Below, piece by piece: positions 1-20,250 of a DNA stretch of 64,000 bases. Source of the stretch: the human T2T-CHM13v2.0 reference genome, Homo sapiens. Made by a program: the position numbers and the translations under genes. The stretch's first letter is position 1. Every line of letters begins with the position of its first letter. The notes beneath the pieces are model-generated. The model worked only from the letters and a program-made list of their open reading frames with translations, did no database searches and was not told the origin of the DNA. Where the stretch lies: the NCBI RefSeq assembly GCF_009914755.1, contig NC_060947.1, one strand, 5' to 3'.

Positions 1-189
1 GTTGGGACTATAGGGTACAACAGTATCTCTTCTGATGTCTCAGATAAGGAGAGACTTCTATATTTTGAATGCCCCTGAAGGAAGAAAAACAGTCTTCCCT
101 TATTCACTTCTGATTGCATAGATGATACTGCATGTAAATTCTGAACACTCAACATAATAATCATAACATTTATATAACATTAACAATCC

Positions 190-390
190 CTATTATAAGC
201 AGTTTCACATTTATTAACTCATTTAATCCACAAATAATTCTATGGCATACGCATAATTACTTTCGTTTTACGTGTGAGGCAACCAAGTCAAAGAGAAGTT
301 AAACAACTTATCTGAGGTCACACAGCTAGTGTTTGGGAAAGTGAGAGTATAAGACCAGGCAGTAGGCTCCATAACCACATTTAACTGCTA
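190..390 (-). mobile_element. MIR SINE fragment, interrupted by the L1PA4 insertion
   Basis: Matches the reverse MIR core (taactcatttaatcc ... gaggtcacacagctagt ... gaccaggcagt). Confidence 0.7.
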
Positions 391-2051
<1,661 letters not shown>

Positions 2052-2716
2052 TCATTCCTAACTGCTACATTGTTAAGCACTGTGATCTGCTGACGTGACG
2101 TTTTAAGGGACTTAGGCTAGTGATTTAAAACAAATATTCCTTCTTTTTATTCTATGATTTAAAATAATATTGGGAGTTTCTTTCATTTCAATGTTAAAAT
2201 AATTCTAACATTTGTGGGTTCATTAATCAGAATGAAATTTAATAGATGGTCACTTGTATTTGACACTCAGTGATGTTTTAAAAGAAAAGTAGTTACAGAG
2301 ATAGGGGATAATAAAGATCCTGTGTACTGTTTTGGACTAATCAGCTAAGCCTACGAGTAATGTTTCAAACTCTGTCTCTTTGCTGGCCAAATGAAGAATG
2401 AATTTCTTTGTTCTGTACTGTCCTAGTATAATGGAGGTTAAATTCATGTTTTTAAAAATGTTTTATGACTTTAATTGTATGTAACATATAAAATTGTTAT
2501 CAGTGTGGAAGATTTGTTGAATTATTTTCATACACAAGTAAAATATGGTTATCTTCGTCAGTTAGCATATAATTATATATTTTTAGTTAGCATTTATGTA
2601 GTGAAGCTAATGGCATAAATTGTATGGAAGCACTTTGTCAATAGCAATTGTTGTAATAATATTTTTCTTATCTGGAATTAGCCTTTTTATTTATCTAATA
2701 AACTTTCTTACCTTTT

Positions 2717-3025
<309 letters not shown>

Positions 3026-3609
3026 TAACTTTTAAACATGTCTCTTACTGTGCAGTTTTCTTAATGTAACACAAGCAGAATGAAGCATTCAAATAATGAT
3101 TTTGTGGATCTTAAAGTGTTTCTTGGGATGAGTGGATTATCCCAGGTTACTATAAATTGCAACTAATGGGACACAAAGATAGTGCTGAAAAACATGTCTC
3201 TCGTGCATCATTTTGCACCTACTATCTAATCTCTTAGAACACTTAGTCTTTCAAGTTGTCATTCTCTTCTTCAATTTTATTGTTCTTAATTGATCCTCAT
3301 GTTTTTTTTAATCAAAGAATATCGTGTACTTGAAGTCCTCTAGGTTGCCTTTCATTTAGTTTTTATTTTCTTTAATTTATCTTATCTAGACACCCAATCA
3401 GTAAATAAATATAAAAAGTGTTCTATGTATAAGGTTTTCATCTAGGCACCAGGCAATAATAAAGGCCATATACATTATGATTCTTGACTTCCTGACTTAT
3501 CTTCATAATTTAATTAGACTGATAAGTGGTATAGAAGTTCTTTGAGAATGCTGATCATGCCTTATATTTTGCACAGTATTTTTAAACTACATTATATCCT
3601 TAATAAGGA

Positions 3610-4272
3610 CTAACATCTTTTACATTGCTGGTGGAAATGTAAAATGGTGTGCTGCAGTGGAAAACAGTTTAGCAGTTCATCAGGAAGTTAATCATAGAAT
3701 TACCATATGACCCAGCAATTCCATTTCTAAGTATATACTCGAGAATTGAAAAAAAGTGATGAAATACAAACATGTAGATGAATATTCATAGGAGTACTAT
3801 TCACAATAACCAAAAAGTGGAAAGAATGCAAATGCCTATCAGCAGAAAAATGGATAAATAAATTGTGGTATGTCCATACAATGGACTATTGTTTAACCAT
3901 AAAAAAGAATGAAGTATGGTACATGCTTCAACATAGACGAACCTTGAGAAAATTATACTAAGAGAAAGAAGCCACACAAAAAAGGCCACATATTTTACTA
4001 TTTTCTTCATATAAAATATTCAGAAGAGGTAAATCCAAATAAATAAAAAATAGATTAGTGGTTGGGGGAAATGGTGGAAGAAAGACCAGGACATGACTGC
4101 TTAATGGATGAGAATTTTTGGGGGGAGGTGATTAAAATATTTAATCTAGATAGTGGTGGTTGTTATACAACATTGTTAATTTACATAATGCCACTAAATT
4201 TTACACTTCAAATGATAAAAAATGGTAAATTTTATGTCAGGTGTATTTTAACCCCAATAAGAAATTTAAAAA
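3610..4272 (+). mobile_element. Old L1 3' end (L1MB-type)
   Basis: acattgctggtggaaatgtaaaatgg ... atgacccagcaattcc ... aatggtaaattttatg, then an A-rich tail. Confidence 0.75.
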
Positions 4273-5371
4273 TACATATAACCACTGATAGCTACATGAG
4301 GCAGTATAAACACCTTCTGCATCCAGACAGTTTAAGGAAAATGAGAATTCTAGTAGGCTATGTTCTAGCAAAGGTTTTACACATAAATGTTTTTAGGGGC
4401 AAGCTGGTAACAAGCGTACAATGGAAAATGGTGGGGACTTTTTGAAAACTTACTAAAAAGTTTTTCAAATTTTATTGCTATAAGGTATGCTGGATTTTTA
4501 TCATAAATGAGTGCTAGATTTGGTTATTTTGTTTCATCAATTGATATGATCACATGATGTTTCCTTCTTAAGCCCATGGATATGCTGCATTAAATTGATT
4601 GATTTTCAAATATTGAACTAGCCTTGAATAACTGGACTATATCCTACTTGGTCATGGTGTATAATTTCTTTTATGCATGATTGCATTTAATTTCCTAATA
4701 TTTTGTTAATAATTCTAATAACAGACTATTTTGTTAGTAATATTTTATACTGTACTTTTCTCATTGTCATGTAAGTGTAATACTAGATTCTTAATTGGAA
4801 ACTATTCTTTTATTTTCTATTTTCTGCAAGTATTTGTGTAAAATTCTCGTCAATTCTTTCTGAAATCATCTGTAGAATTCACCAATGAAACCATTAGGGC
4901 CTGGAGATTTCATTTTTGAAAGCCTTTTAGTTACAGATTTAACTTCTTCAATAATTAAATGACTATTCAGATGATCTATTTTATCTTGATTGAATTTTAG
5001 TAGTCTATGCTTTTAGAGGAATTGGTCCATTTCTTCTATGTTGTCAAATTTATGAATAAAAATATTTGCAGTATTTTCTTATTTTTCATTTAATGGTTGT
5101 AGGATCCTCAGTGATAGCTCCTGTTACATTCTAGGTATCAGTGGTTTTTTTCTTTTCTTTTTCAATTTTTGTCAGTTTTCCTACAGATTCATACATTTTA
5201 TTTATTATATTAATACAACATTTTGATTTAATTGGAGTTTATTTTGCTGCTCTTGCTTGCTTTTATTCAATTTCATCAACTTTTGCCCTTATCTTTATTA
5301 TTTCTTTACTTCCTCTCTTTGGTTTATTTTTATCTTATTTTCCTAGTTTCCTAATATAGATTAATATTTTG

Positions 5372-5568
5372 AGCCTGCAAGCTTGGGCAACATAGTGAGA
5401 TCCTGTCTCTAGAAAATATTGAAAAATTAGCCAGGCATAATTGTGTGCACCTGTAGTCCCAACTACTCCAGAGGCTGAAGCTGGAGGATCACTTGAGGCC
5501 GCACTAAGCCATGATTGGGACACTGCACTCCAGCCTGGGTGACAGAATAAGACCTTGTCTCTAATAAC

Positions 5569-5620
<52 letters not shown>
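5372..5620 (+). mobile_element. 5'-truncated AluJ with a (TAA)n tail
   Basis: gggcaacatagtgaga, ggaggatcacttgag, gcactccagcctgggtgacaga; (TAA)n at about 5569-5616. Confidence 0.85.
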
Positions 5621-5623
5621 TAA

Positions 5624-6219
5624 TGTGATGCTATAGTATACTATGAGACATACTGTGACTATAAGATTAATAATAATCATGAGGCCCAATTGAACATCTC
5701 ATAGGACCTACCCTACGTGTTAACTAATAATATGAAATATCCTGGCTGGGGGATTTTCAGCACTATAGCCCTGAAGATTACGCGTTCTCTTTCACAATGG
5801 GGCCAAAAAACACTGGTTGCCCTAGAGAAAAGGCCACCTCAGCACAGAGTCAACTTTAAGAACCTTAGAACAAAGCGTATCTGTATAAGAATAGCTTAAA
5901 CTGCCTTTATGAAAGAAACACTTCGTAACTGACCCAGACTGAATACAAGTGTAAGAAAGGGGAAATATTCCTCTAACTCTCAGAATGTTCTCCAGTTGGA
6001 GACTCTTCTGGTGAGGCAGTCATCAGATCCCTGACTGTAACTGGTCCATACCACTGGCTTGTTCCCACTGTCCATCTTATAAGTGTACTGCCAGAATAAA
6101 CTGCTTGAACATTAGGTGTTGCCTAAGATCCATCATTGACACGATTGGACCATAGGGAAAAAAAATTGCCTGTGGGGAAGCTGGCCAAATGGGCCAACCC
6201 AAGACCCCTGAACACAATA
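5624..6219 (+). mobile_element. Solo LTR, probably ERVL class (MER54/MER73-like; family uncertain)
   Basis: About 600 bp starting TG, with AATAAA near 6095, interrupting the L1M. Family call from memory. Confidence 0.5.
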
Positions 6220-6387
6220 GAGGCTTTTCCACTTTTAATTTAAAAATATAAGTACTTAGTGTTATGCATTTTCCTTTCAGTACAGCTTTTAATATGTTTT
6301 ATTTTCATTTATTTTCAGTAATAGCATATTTAAAATTTTCCTTTGCGACTTATTCTTGATCCATAAATTATTTCAAAATGTGTTGTT

Positions 6388-6603
6388 TAGTTACATGGAT
6401 AAGTTCTTTAGTGGTGACTTGTGAGATTTTGGTGCACCCATCACCTGAGCAGTGTACACTGTACCCATTGTGTAGTCTCTTATCCCTCATCCCCTCCCAC
6501 CCTTCCCCCAACACAGTCTTTTGGAGGGTGAAGGGTGGGAGGAGGGAGAAGATTAGGAACATCTGAAGTTAAAAGTTTTTTAAAATGTAGAATAAAGTTC
6601 TTA
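6388..6603. mobile_element. Chimeric L1 3'-UTR insert (inverted L1PB piece plus sense L1PA piece)
   Basis: Flanked by aaaatgtgttgtt (6375-6387) and aaaatgtattgtt (6604-6616). Confidence 0.55.
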
Positions 6604-6697
6604 AAAATGTATTGTTAATGTTCCAAGTGTTTAGAGATGTTCTGTTGTCTTTCTGTTACTGAATTATAGTTTGATTTCACCAAGATCAGTAAACACA

Positions 6698-8320
<1,623 letters not shown>

Positions 8321-9358
8321 AGATCAGTGAGCACAGCATATAATTTTAATTATTTTGCAATTTTTGAGATTTTTGTTATAGCCTAAAATATGATTGATTT
8401 TGGTGAATATTCCACAGGCTCACACGTACACAAATGTATATTCTGCTAGTTTTTTGTGTGTGTGGAATGCTCTATGAATGTTAATTTATTCCTGTAGGTT
8501 TACTGTGTTGTTTAGATCTTCTCTTTCCTTGATGATGTTCTGTCTAAGGAGTTCTATCAATTACTGTGAATAAGATGTTAAAATCCTCACATATAATTAT
8601 AGATTTATCTATTTTTTCATTTTAGTTTCATCAGTTTTTCTTTATGTATTCTGAGGCTTTTTTTGGTATGTACACTGGATCATTATACAGTCCCAGTAGA
8701 TTGATAATTTTATAATTATGTGACATCTCTCTTTTACACTAATAATTATCTTTTCCCTATAATCTACTTTTATGATATTATTAATAATATAGACATTTTT
8801 AATTTTTAAAATATTTGCATGGTATATATTTCTCCAATGTTTTACTCATACATCCCCTGTATCATATTTGACATGACTTTCTTCATCTATTCATAATAGC
8901 CTTTTAGAATTTGTGGAATAGATGGAAATACTCTCAACTTAAAAAGTTGCATCTATAAAATACTGTAGCAGGGATCAAAATTAATGATGAAGGTCTGAAT
9001 GCTTTTCTTAAGATACAGAAGAAGCAAAACATACCTGCTCTTACTAGTATTATTCAACATAGTACTAAATGTTTTAGCCACGACAAGGCAAGAAAAAGAA
9101 AAGGCACAGAGGTTGGTAAGTAAGCTAGTAAACTAACTTAGTAAGTGAGTTTAGCAAGGTTACAAAATAACAGATCAACATAAAAAAGATTATTACATTT
9201 CTATATACTAATAATTAATGTGCAGACATTGACACTGTAACCACAGCATCATTTATAATTACTCTAGATTGTTGCAGTGAGAAAAAATACTTATGTACAC
9301 AATTTTAAAAACATGTACAGGATCTATAGGCTGAAAATTATTAACTTGAAAAGAATTT

Positions 9359-9656
9359 TTTTTTCTTTTGAGACACAATTTTGCTCTGTCACCCAGGCTG
9401 GAGTGCAGTCGCACGATCTCGGCTCACTGCAACCTCCGCCTCCCTGGTTCAAGTTATTCTCCTGCCTCAGCTTCCTGAGTAGCTGGGACCACAGTTGCGT
9501 GCCACCACGCCTAGCAAATTTTTGTGTTCTTGGTAGAGATGGGGTTTCACCATACTGGCTTCAGGACATATTGTTCTCGAACTCCTGACCTCATGATTCA
9601 CCTGCCTCGGCCTCCCAAAGTGTTGAGATTACAGGTGTGAGCCACCGCGCCTGGCC
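9359..9656 (-). mobile_element. AluS
   Basis: Full dimer. TSD tgaaaagaattt at 9347 and 9657. Confidence 0.92.
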
Positions 9657-10195
9657 TGAAAAGAATTTGTAAAACTCTCTAAATCGAGGCACAAATCAAG
9701 CACATGAATTAGAAGCCCCAAAATGTTGAAGATGTCAATTCACCCTAAATCATCTGTAGGTTTAATGCAATTTCTATCAAAATCCCAGCATAATTTCCTT
9801 GTAGATATAGAAAATGTTTTTATAAAATTTTTATGGTAAGGCACAGAATCTAAAAGAGTTAAAACAATCTTAAAAAAGTATGAAGTGGAAGAAATAATTC
9901 TTAGTACATAATCAAGTCAATATTGAGGCTTACTATATAGCTATATTGATCAAAACAATGAAGCATTGGTGGAGGAATAGACTCATAGATCAAGAGAAAA
10001 TAACAGAAGACATAGAAATAGACTCAGGTGAATATTACTGATTTTTGACAAAGATGAAGAAGCAATTAATGCAGAGGATGGCATAACCTATTCAACAAAT
10101 GGGCTAGAAAAATTGTATGTTTATAGGTAAACAAACAAATCTAAGTCTAAGTCTCAACCTAAGTCTCATACCTAATACAAAAATTAGCTCAAAAT

Positions 10196-10322
10196 GGGCA
10201 TAGTCGTTCATGCCTGTAATCTCAGTGAGTTGGGAGGCAGAGGTGGGCAGATTGCTTGAACTCAGGAGTTCAAGACCAGCCTGGGCAAGGTGTCAAGTTC
10301 CTGTCTCTAAAACAATAAAGTG
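10196..10322 (+). mobile_element. FLAM-C (free left Alu monomer)
   Basis: Single monomer with an A-rich end. TSD agctcaaaatg at 10186 and 10323. Confidence 0.8.
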
Positions 10323-11468
10323 AGCTCAAAATGTATCACAGACTAAAATATAAAATATAGATCTATAAAGTTGTTAGAAGAAAACACAAAAGAAAATCTT
10401 CAGAGTCTAGGGCTAGGTAAAGGATACTTGGGCAGAAATATTACCCATAAAAGAAAAAACAACAAATCATATTTCATCAAAATTATAAAATATTCTGCCT
10501 TTGAGAGACTTTGTTAAGAAAACAAAAGGGACAACTTGCTGTCTGGAAGAAAATATTTGAAATCCACATAGCCATCAAAAGACTAATGCCTAGAATATAT
10601 GAAGATCTCTCAAAATGCAACATTAAAAGGGGAAAAAAGCCAATTGGATTAGAAAATGAAAAAATAACATGAAAAGACATTTCGCTGAGAAGGATATACA
10701 AATACCAAATAAGCACATTAAAAAGTGTTCAGCATCAATAGCCATCAAGAAAATGAAATTTAAAATCACAATGAGATAGCACTACATTAACCTTTCAAAT
10801 TGGCTTATAAATAAAAAGAACAGTGGCAACACCAAATACTGTCATGGATGGACATAAACTGGATCACTGACAGAATGCTGATGAGAATATTAAGAAGTAC
10901 ATTTTACTTTTGAAAGTTTCCTATTAAACTAAACATGCAATTTTCATACAACCCAGCAACTGTACTCTTGAACATTTATCCCATAGAAATAAAAACTTAT
11001 GTTCAATCAGAAATATGCACGCAAATATCAAAAAGCAACAGATTGAATCTCTCTGTATTTTTATTATAACTACATGATAAACTGTAATTACTCTAAAATA
11101 AAAAGGTACAAAAGGTTACACTAGTTATATAAAGCATATTTGTTCACTGACTGTGACCAGAAACTCCTTTCTGAAGATTCCTGCTTTATTCAAGATTTTA
11201 TGCCATTTGAAGGAAGAAATTTGATCTTTTATTTATTTATTTATTTATTTATTCATTATTATTATACTTTAAGTTTTAGGGTACAAGTGCAAAATGTGCA
11301 GGTTAGTTACATATGTATACATGTGCCATGCTGGTGCGCTGCACCCACTAATTCATCATCTAGCATTAGGTATATCTCCCAATGCTATCCCTCCCCCTAC
11401 CCCCCACCCCACAACAGTCCCCAGAGTGTGATGTTCCCCTTCCTGTGTCCATGTGTTGTTCTCATTGT

Positions 11469-15313
<3,845 letters not shown>

Positions 15314-15361
15314 TTATTTTGCTCGTTAGTTGATGCAGTTTCTTCCTCATCTCTATGGTCT

Positions 15362-16377
15362 TTACATTTTGGCATTATTTTGCAGCGGCTGGTACTGGTT
15401 GTTCCTTTCCATGTTTAGTGCTTCCTTTGGGACCTCTTTTAGGGCAGGCCTGGTGGTGACAAAATCTCCAGCATTTGCTTGTCTGTAAAGTATTTTATTT
15501 CTCCTTCACTTATGAAGCTTAGTTTGGCTGGATATGAAATTCTGGGTTGAAAATTCTTTTCTTTAAGAATGTTGAATATTGGCCCCCACTCTCTTCTGGC
15601 TTGTTGAGTTTCTGCTGAGAGATCCGCTGTTAGTCTGATGGGCTTCCCTTTGAGGGTAACCTGACCTTTCTCTCTGGCTGCCCTTAATATTTTTTCCTTC
15701 ATTTCAGCTTTGGTGAATCTGACAGTTATGTGTCTTGGTGTTGCTCTTCTCGAGGAGTATCTTTGTGGCGTTCTCTGTATTTCCTGAATCTGAATGTTGG
15801 CCTGCCTTGCTAGATTGGGGAAGTTCTCCTGGATAATATCCTGCAGAGTGTTTTTCAACTTGGTTCCATTCTCCCCGTCGCTTTCAGGTACACCAATCAG
15901 ACGTAGATTTGGTCTTTTCACATAGTCCCACATTTCTTGGAGGCTTTGCTCATTTCTTTTTATTCTTTTTTCTCTAAACTTCCCTTCTCGCTTCATTTCA
16001 TTCATTTCATCTTCCATCGCTGATACCCTTTCTTCCAGTTGATCGCATCGGCTCCTGAGGCTTCTGCATTCTTCACGTAGTTCTCGAGCCTTGGTTTTCA
16101 GCTCCATCAGCTCCTTTAAGCACTTCTCTATATTGGTTATTCTAGTTATACATTCTTCTAAATTTTTTTCAAAGTTTTCAACTTCTTTGCCTTTGGTTTG
16201 AATGTCCTCATGTAGCTCGGAGTAATCTGATCGTCTGAAGCCTCCTTCTCTCAGCTCGTCAAAGTCATTCTCCATCCAGCTTTGTTCCGTTGCTGGTGAG
16301 GAACTGCGTTCCTTTGGAGGAGGAGAGGCACTCTGCTTTTTAGAGTTTCCAGTTTTTCTGCTCTGTTTTTTCCCCAT
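15362..16377 (-). pseudogene. L1 ORF1p, frameshifted near the C-terminus
   Basis: Starts MGKKQSRKTGNSK. A 1-nt deletion near 15468 turns KQMLRDFVTT into KQMLEILSPPGLP*. Span is 1016 nt versus 1017. Confidence 0.95.
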
Positions 16378-17283
16378 CTTTGTGGTTTTATCTACTTTTG
16401 GTCTTTGATGATGGTGATGTACAGATGGGTTTTTGGTGTGGATGTCCTTTCTGTTTGTTAGTTTTCCTTCTAACAGACAGGACCCTCAGCTGCAGGTCTG
16501 TTGGTGTACCCAGCTGTGTGAGGTGTCAGTCTGCCCCTACTGGGGGGTGCTTCCCAGTTAGGCTGCTCAGGGGTCGGGGTCAGGGACCCACTTGAGGAGG
16601 CAGTCTGCCCCTTCTCAGATCTCCAGCTGCTTGCTGGGAGAACCACTGCTGTCTTCAAAGCTGTCAGACAGGGACATTTAAGTCTGCAGAGGTTACTGCT
16701 GTCTTTTTGTTTGTCTGTGCCCTGCCCCAGAAGTGGAGCCTACAGAGGCAGGAAGGCCTCCTTGAGCTGTGGTGGGCTCCACCCAGTTCGAGCTTCCAGG
16801 CTGCTTTGTTTACCTAAGCAAGCCTGGGCAATGGCGGGCGCCCCTCCCCCAGCCTCGCTGCCAGCTTGCAGTTTGATCTCAGACTGCTGTGCTAACAATC
16901 AGTGAGATTCCGTGGGCGTAGGACCCTCTGAGCAAGGTGTGGGATATAATCTCCTAGTAGGCGGTTTTTTAAGCCCATCGGGAAAGTGCAGTATTCGGGT
17001 GGGAGTGACCCGATTTTCCAGGTGCTGTCTGTCACCCCTTTCTTTGACTAGGAAAGGGAACTCTTTGGCCCCTTGCGCTTCCCGAGTGAGGCAATACCTC
17101 ATCCTGCTTCGGCTCGCGCACGGTGTGCGCACCCACTGACCTGCGCCCACTCTCTGGCGCTCCCTAGTGAGATGAACCTGGTACCTCAGATGGAAATGCA
17201 GAAATCACCCGTCTTCTGTGTCGCTCACGCTGGGAGCTGTAGTCCGGAGCTGTTGCTACTCGGCCATCTTGGCTACTCCCTCC
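16378..17283 (-). promoter_or_regulatory. L1 5'UTR: internal sense promoter and antisense promoter, with intact YY1 motif
   Basis: cggccatcttgg at 17261-17272; residual CpG enrichment. Confidence 0.85.
16831..16905 (+). pseudogene. L1 ORF0, truncated at codon 25
   Basis: MAGAPPPASLPACSLISDCCANNQ* (CGA>TGA). The downstream in-frame remainder reads GVGPSEQGVGY. Confidence 0.85.
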
Positions 17284-17409
17284 GAAATTTGATCTTAAAC
17301 TGTTTTTTTTTTCATTTGCAACAGAAACTAGTGCAAAACTAGTGGGTGTTTTTTTAATAGTTACTGATAGATGTTGTAAAATTAAGAATTCATTTGCCTT
17401 AGATAATTA

Positions 17410-17976
17410 ACTTGCCATTGAATGCCTACTCCATGTCAGATATCTTGGTTACAGAATAAATAAAAAGATTCTTGAGTTTCTGGTAGTATTTTACATCCTA
17501 GTAGAAAAGATAGTCTTGCAGACAGAAAATTTAAACCATGTGATGAGTCCTAATAGAGATGTACACAAGTGCTGTGGGAGGCTTATATGCAAATGAATGT
17601 ATTGGAAAGTTAAGAAAAGCTTTATGGAAACAGTAAAAAGAAACTTGAAGGATGAGTATAAATTCTGCAGGTAAAGAAAAAGGGGAAAGGCGTCCTTGGT
17701 AGGGAAACAATACAGGCATGTGAAAGAATCATGAAACAAATGATATTTGCTGCAATATTTGACCAGAAATAATAAAGTACAGCTAGAGTGTACCTGCCTG
17801 ATGTAGTTTGGCTCTATGTCCCCACCCAAATCTCATCTCCAGTTGTTATCCCCCCATGTCAAGGGAGAGACCTGGTGGGAGGTGACTGGATTATGGGGGC
17901 AGTTTCCCCAGTACTGTTCTCTTGATAATGAGTTCTCACAGATCTGATGGTTTTATTAGTGGTGGTTTCCCCTGCC

Positions 17977-18007
<31 letters not shown>

Positions 18008-18310
18008 GCCACCTTGTTAAGAAGGTGCTTGCTTCCCCTTTGCCTTCTGCCATGATTGCACGTTTCCTGAGGCTTCCCCAGCCATATGAAACTGTAAGTC
18101 TATTAAATCTCTTTTCTTTGTAAATTACCCAGTCTCAGGGAAGTTCTTTATAGCAGTGTGAAAATGGACTAATACACTGCCAGAATAGACACTAGAAGAA
18201 ACAGAAGAGCTAAGCAGAAACTTTGTACTACAAAGTCTTGTATTCCAGACTAAAAAATGTGAATTTTCATTTTATAAAAACTGAGTAGTGATTCTGATTG
18301 TGAGCAGGTT
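17410..18310 (-). mobile_element. L2 fragment interrupted by THE1D
   Basis: attgaatgcctact ... gtgctgtgggag ... cttgaaggatgagta. Confidence 0.55.
17799..18176 (+). mobile_element. THE1D-like MaLR solo LTR with an internal (CT)n
   Basis: TG...CA ends; tttggctctatgtccccacccaaatctcat ... ggactaataca. 5-bp TSD ctgcc at 17794 and 18177. Confidence 0.92.
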
Positions 18311-18315
18311 TAAAA

Positions 18316-18428
18316 CAGGATAAATGACAGTCCTGGTTGGCCAGGGACTATCCTGGTTTTAGCACTGACAGTCCCATGCCATGGAAATTATCTCAGTCTC
18401 AAGCAAACTGGTACAGTTTGTTTTCTGC
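18316..18428. mobile_element. MER81-like hAT-Blackjack MITE
   Basis: gtcctggttggccagggactatcctggttttagcactgacagtccc ... gcaaactggtacag. Confidence 0.7.
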
Positions 18429-19989
18429 TGTGAGAGTACCAAAGTTGTATTTTAGAAAGAAAACTCACTATAGCTTTAATGATAACCCTCTTGTAGGGGA
18501 ATAAGAAAGATTCTGAAAGCAGGAAGATACTTGCAATTTCAATGTAGGATTTCCTCTTCAATAACCTCAATTGAGTGAGAATCATTATAGTTAATTGTTA
18601 ACAGTGCTCTGTCACACAATTCAAGGTATTATGGCCTTAAAAAGAAGCAACCAAACAATACAACTTTAAGAGAGATTATCCTGTATTTAAAATCATGTTT
18701 ATTATTTCTGATGAGTGGTTAGGACTTTGCTTTCATTTCCCCAACCTTCCTGAAGGGCATATTATAACACTAACTTTTCCATGTCTAAAAATTGCATAAA
18801 CTTTTTCACCATGTAAATTTGGGTAAATTCAAAACGTGAGGAATTTCATAAATATGAGAATGTACTTTATAGACAGAGGAGTGTGGTTACACACAGAGTT
18901 TTCACAAAAATACAAATTTGCCTTGTTTTGTTTTTCACTTTTATCTGGAATAGGGTTTTTTTTTGTGTTTACTGAAATAATAGTGTCCATAAAGTCTTAT
19001 AAAAGAATGAAAATTTAAAAGATTTGAAGTTGTAAAAATGAGGCAGATTAAGCTATAATTTCAGGATATGGATAAGCTCTGAGAACTAAATGGTTTAGTG
19101 GTTTAATAGAGACTCAAAGAAGAAAAAGAATCTTGAGCAACTTCTTTCAAAGGTGGAACTTTTATAAGGTTCCATGAAGAGCAAAGTATAATGACAAACA
19201 TATTTTTAGTAATATTAAAAACTATAATGTAATTCAAGCTCATGGTAAAAAGACAATCACACATTATAGAAGGATATGAAATTAGAAGTAAAACTCACCC
19301 CCAGCACAGTTCTACACCTTAAGGGAAATAACTATAACTTTCCAGAAATTGTACTTGGGTTATACAGACATATCTATGTATATTCTCTTATTTTCACAAA
19401 TGGAACTTTATTCCATGTACTATTCTGCAAAAGAAGGCTTTCTTTTAGCATTCTAGTTAAAACCTGGGCCTCATTTGAAATTTGTTCCTTGTGTATTAAG
19501 TTTCACAGACTGAATATTTAACAAGCTTAGATTATGAATAGACAGGGCCATGAATCAGTTATTTTTCAGTGGAAATTGCTGTTTTCCTTTTTCTCATCTT
19601 ACTACCTAATCCCTAAGCAGTCAAATGGACCAGCTGTGCAATAAATCTACATTAGCTAAAAAAGATAGTCAAAAACATTATTTTGGCTCCTTTTTGATCT
19701 GGTACATTTTTATAAATAGATATGACCACAATAAATGCATTCATTCATTTTACAAATGTTTATTAACTACCTACTGTGTACTTGACACTATTCTAGATGT
19801 TGGGGATAAACACAAAAATTTATATTAATAATACAATACATTAATAATAATTATAATTACATTCATTATTATAGTCACATTTTTCAGTCTACATTATCAT
19901 TCCAAAAAATATAAAAACTGTTTTTTGTTGCTCGGGGATTCACTTGAAATTCATATTTACTTTGAGCCAACATTTTCTCTGAGTTCTAA

Positions 19990-20165
19990 CATCTTTTCCA
20001 TGTTAATATCAACTACCATCCAGTTCTTAGTATTTTTATTAATTAAAGGCCATAGTTTATTTAGGTTTCCTTAGTTTTTACTTAATATCCATTTTCAGTT
20101 TCCCAATCTCATCCATGAAGCCACATTATATTTAGTTAAAATATCTCTTTAGATTCTCCTTAGTC
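19990..20165 (-). mobile_element. L1MC-type 3' end fragment
   Basis: ccatagtttatttaggtttccttagtttttac ... ccacattatatttagtt. Confidence 0.55.
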
Positions 20166-20250
20166 GTAATATTTTATTTTTAAAAATATGTTATTGAGAA
20201 AGAAATCACATAACAGAATTAACCATTTTAAAGTGTCCAGTTGAAAAAAA

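Larger units (their letters stand above)
8930..11030 (+). mobile_element. Old L1M ORF2 3' region (L1MC/ME-type) carrying an Alu and a FLAM
   Basis: Degenerate sense ORF2 motifs (ttattcaacatagtact, tttgacaaag, acaacccagcaac). Confidence 0.65.

Noticed and set aside
2052-2058. tcattcc at the L1PA4 5' junction as a tiny twin-priming inversion
   Set aside because: The match is only 6 nt. It is equally explained as an extension of the TSD (catt-taactgcta versus cattcctaactgcta).
16380-16595. 71-aa antisense ORF as L1 ORF0
   Set aside because: Same length by coincidence, non-ATG start and wrong position. True ORF0 starts at 16831 (MAGAPPP) and is truncated.
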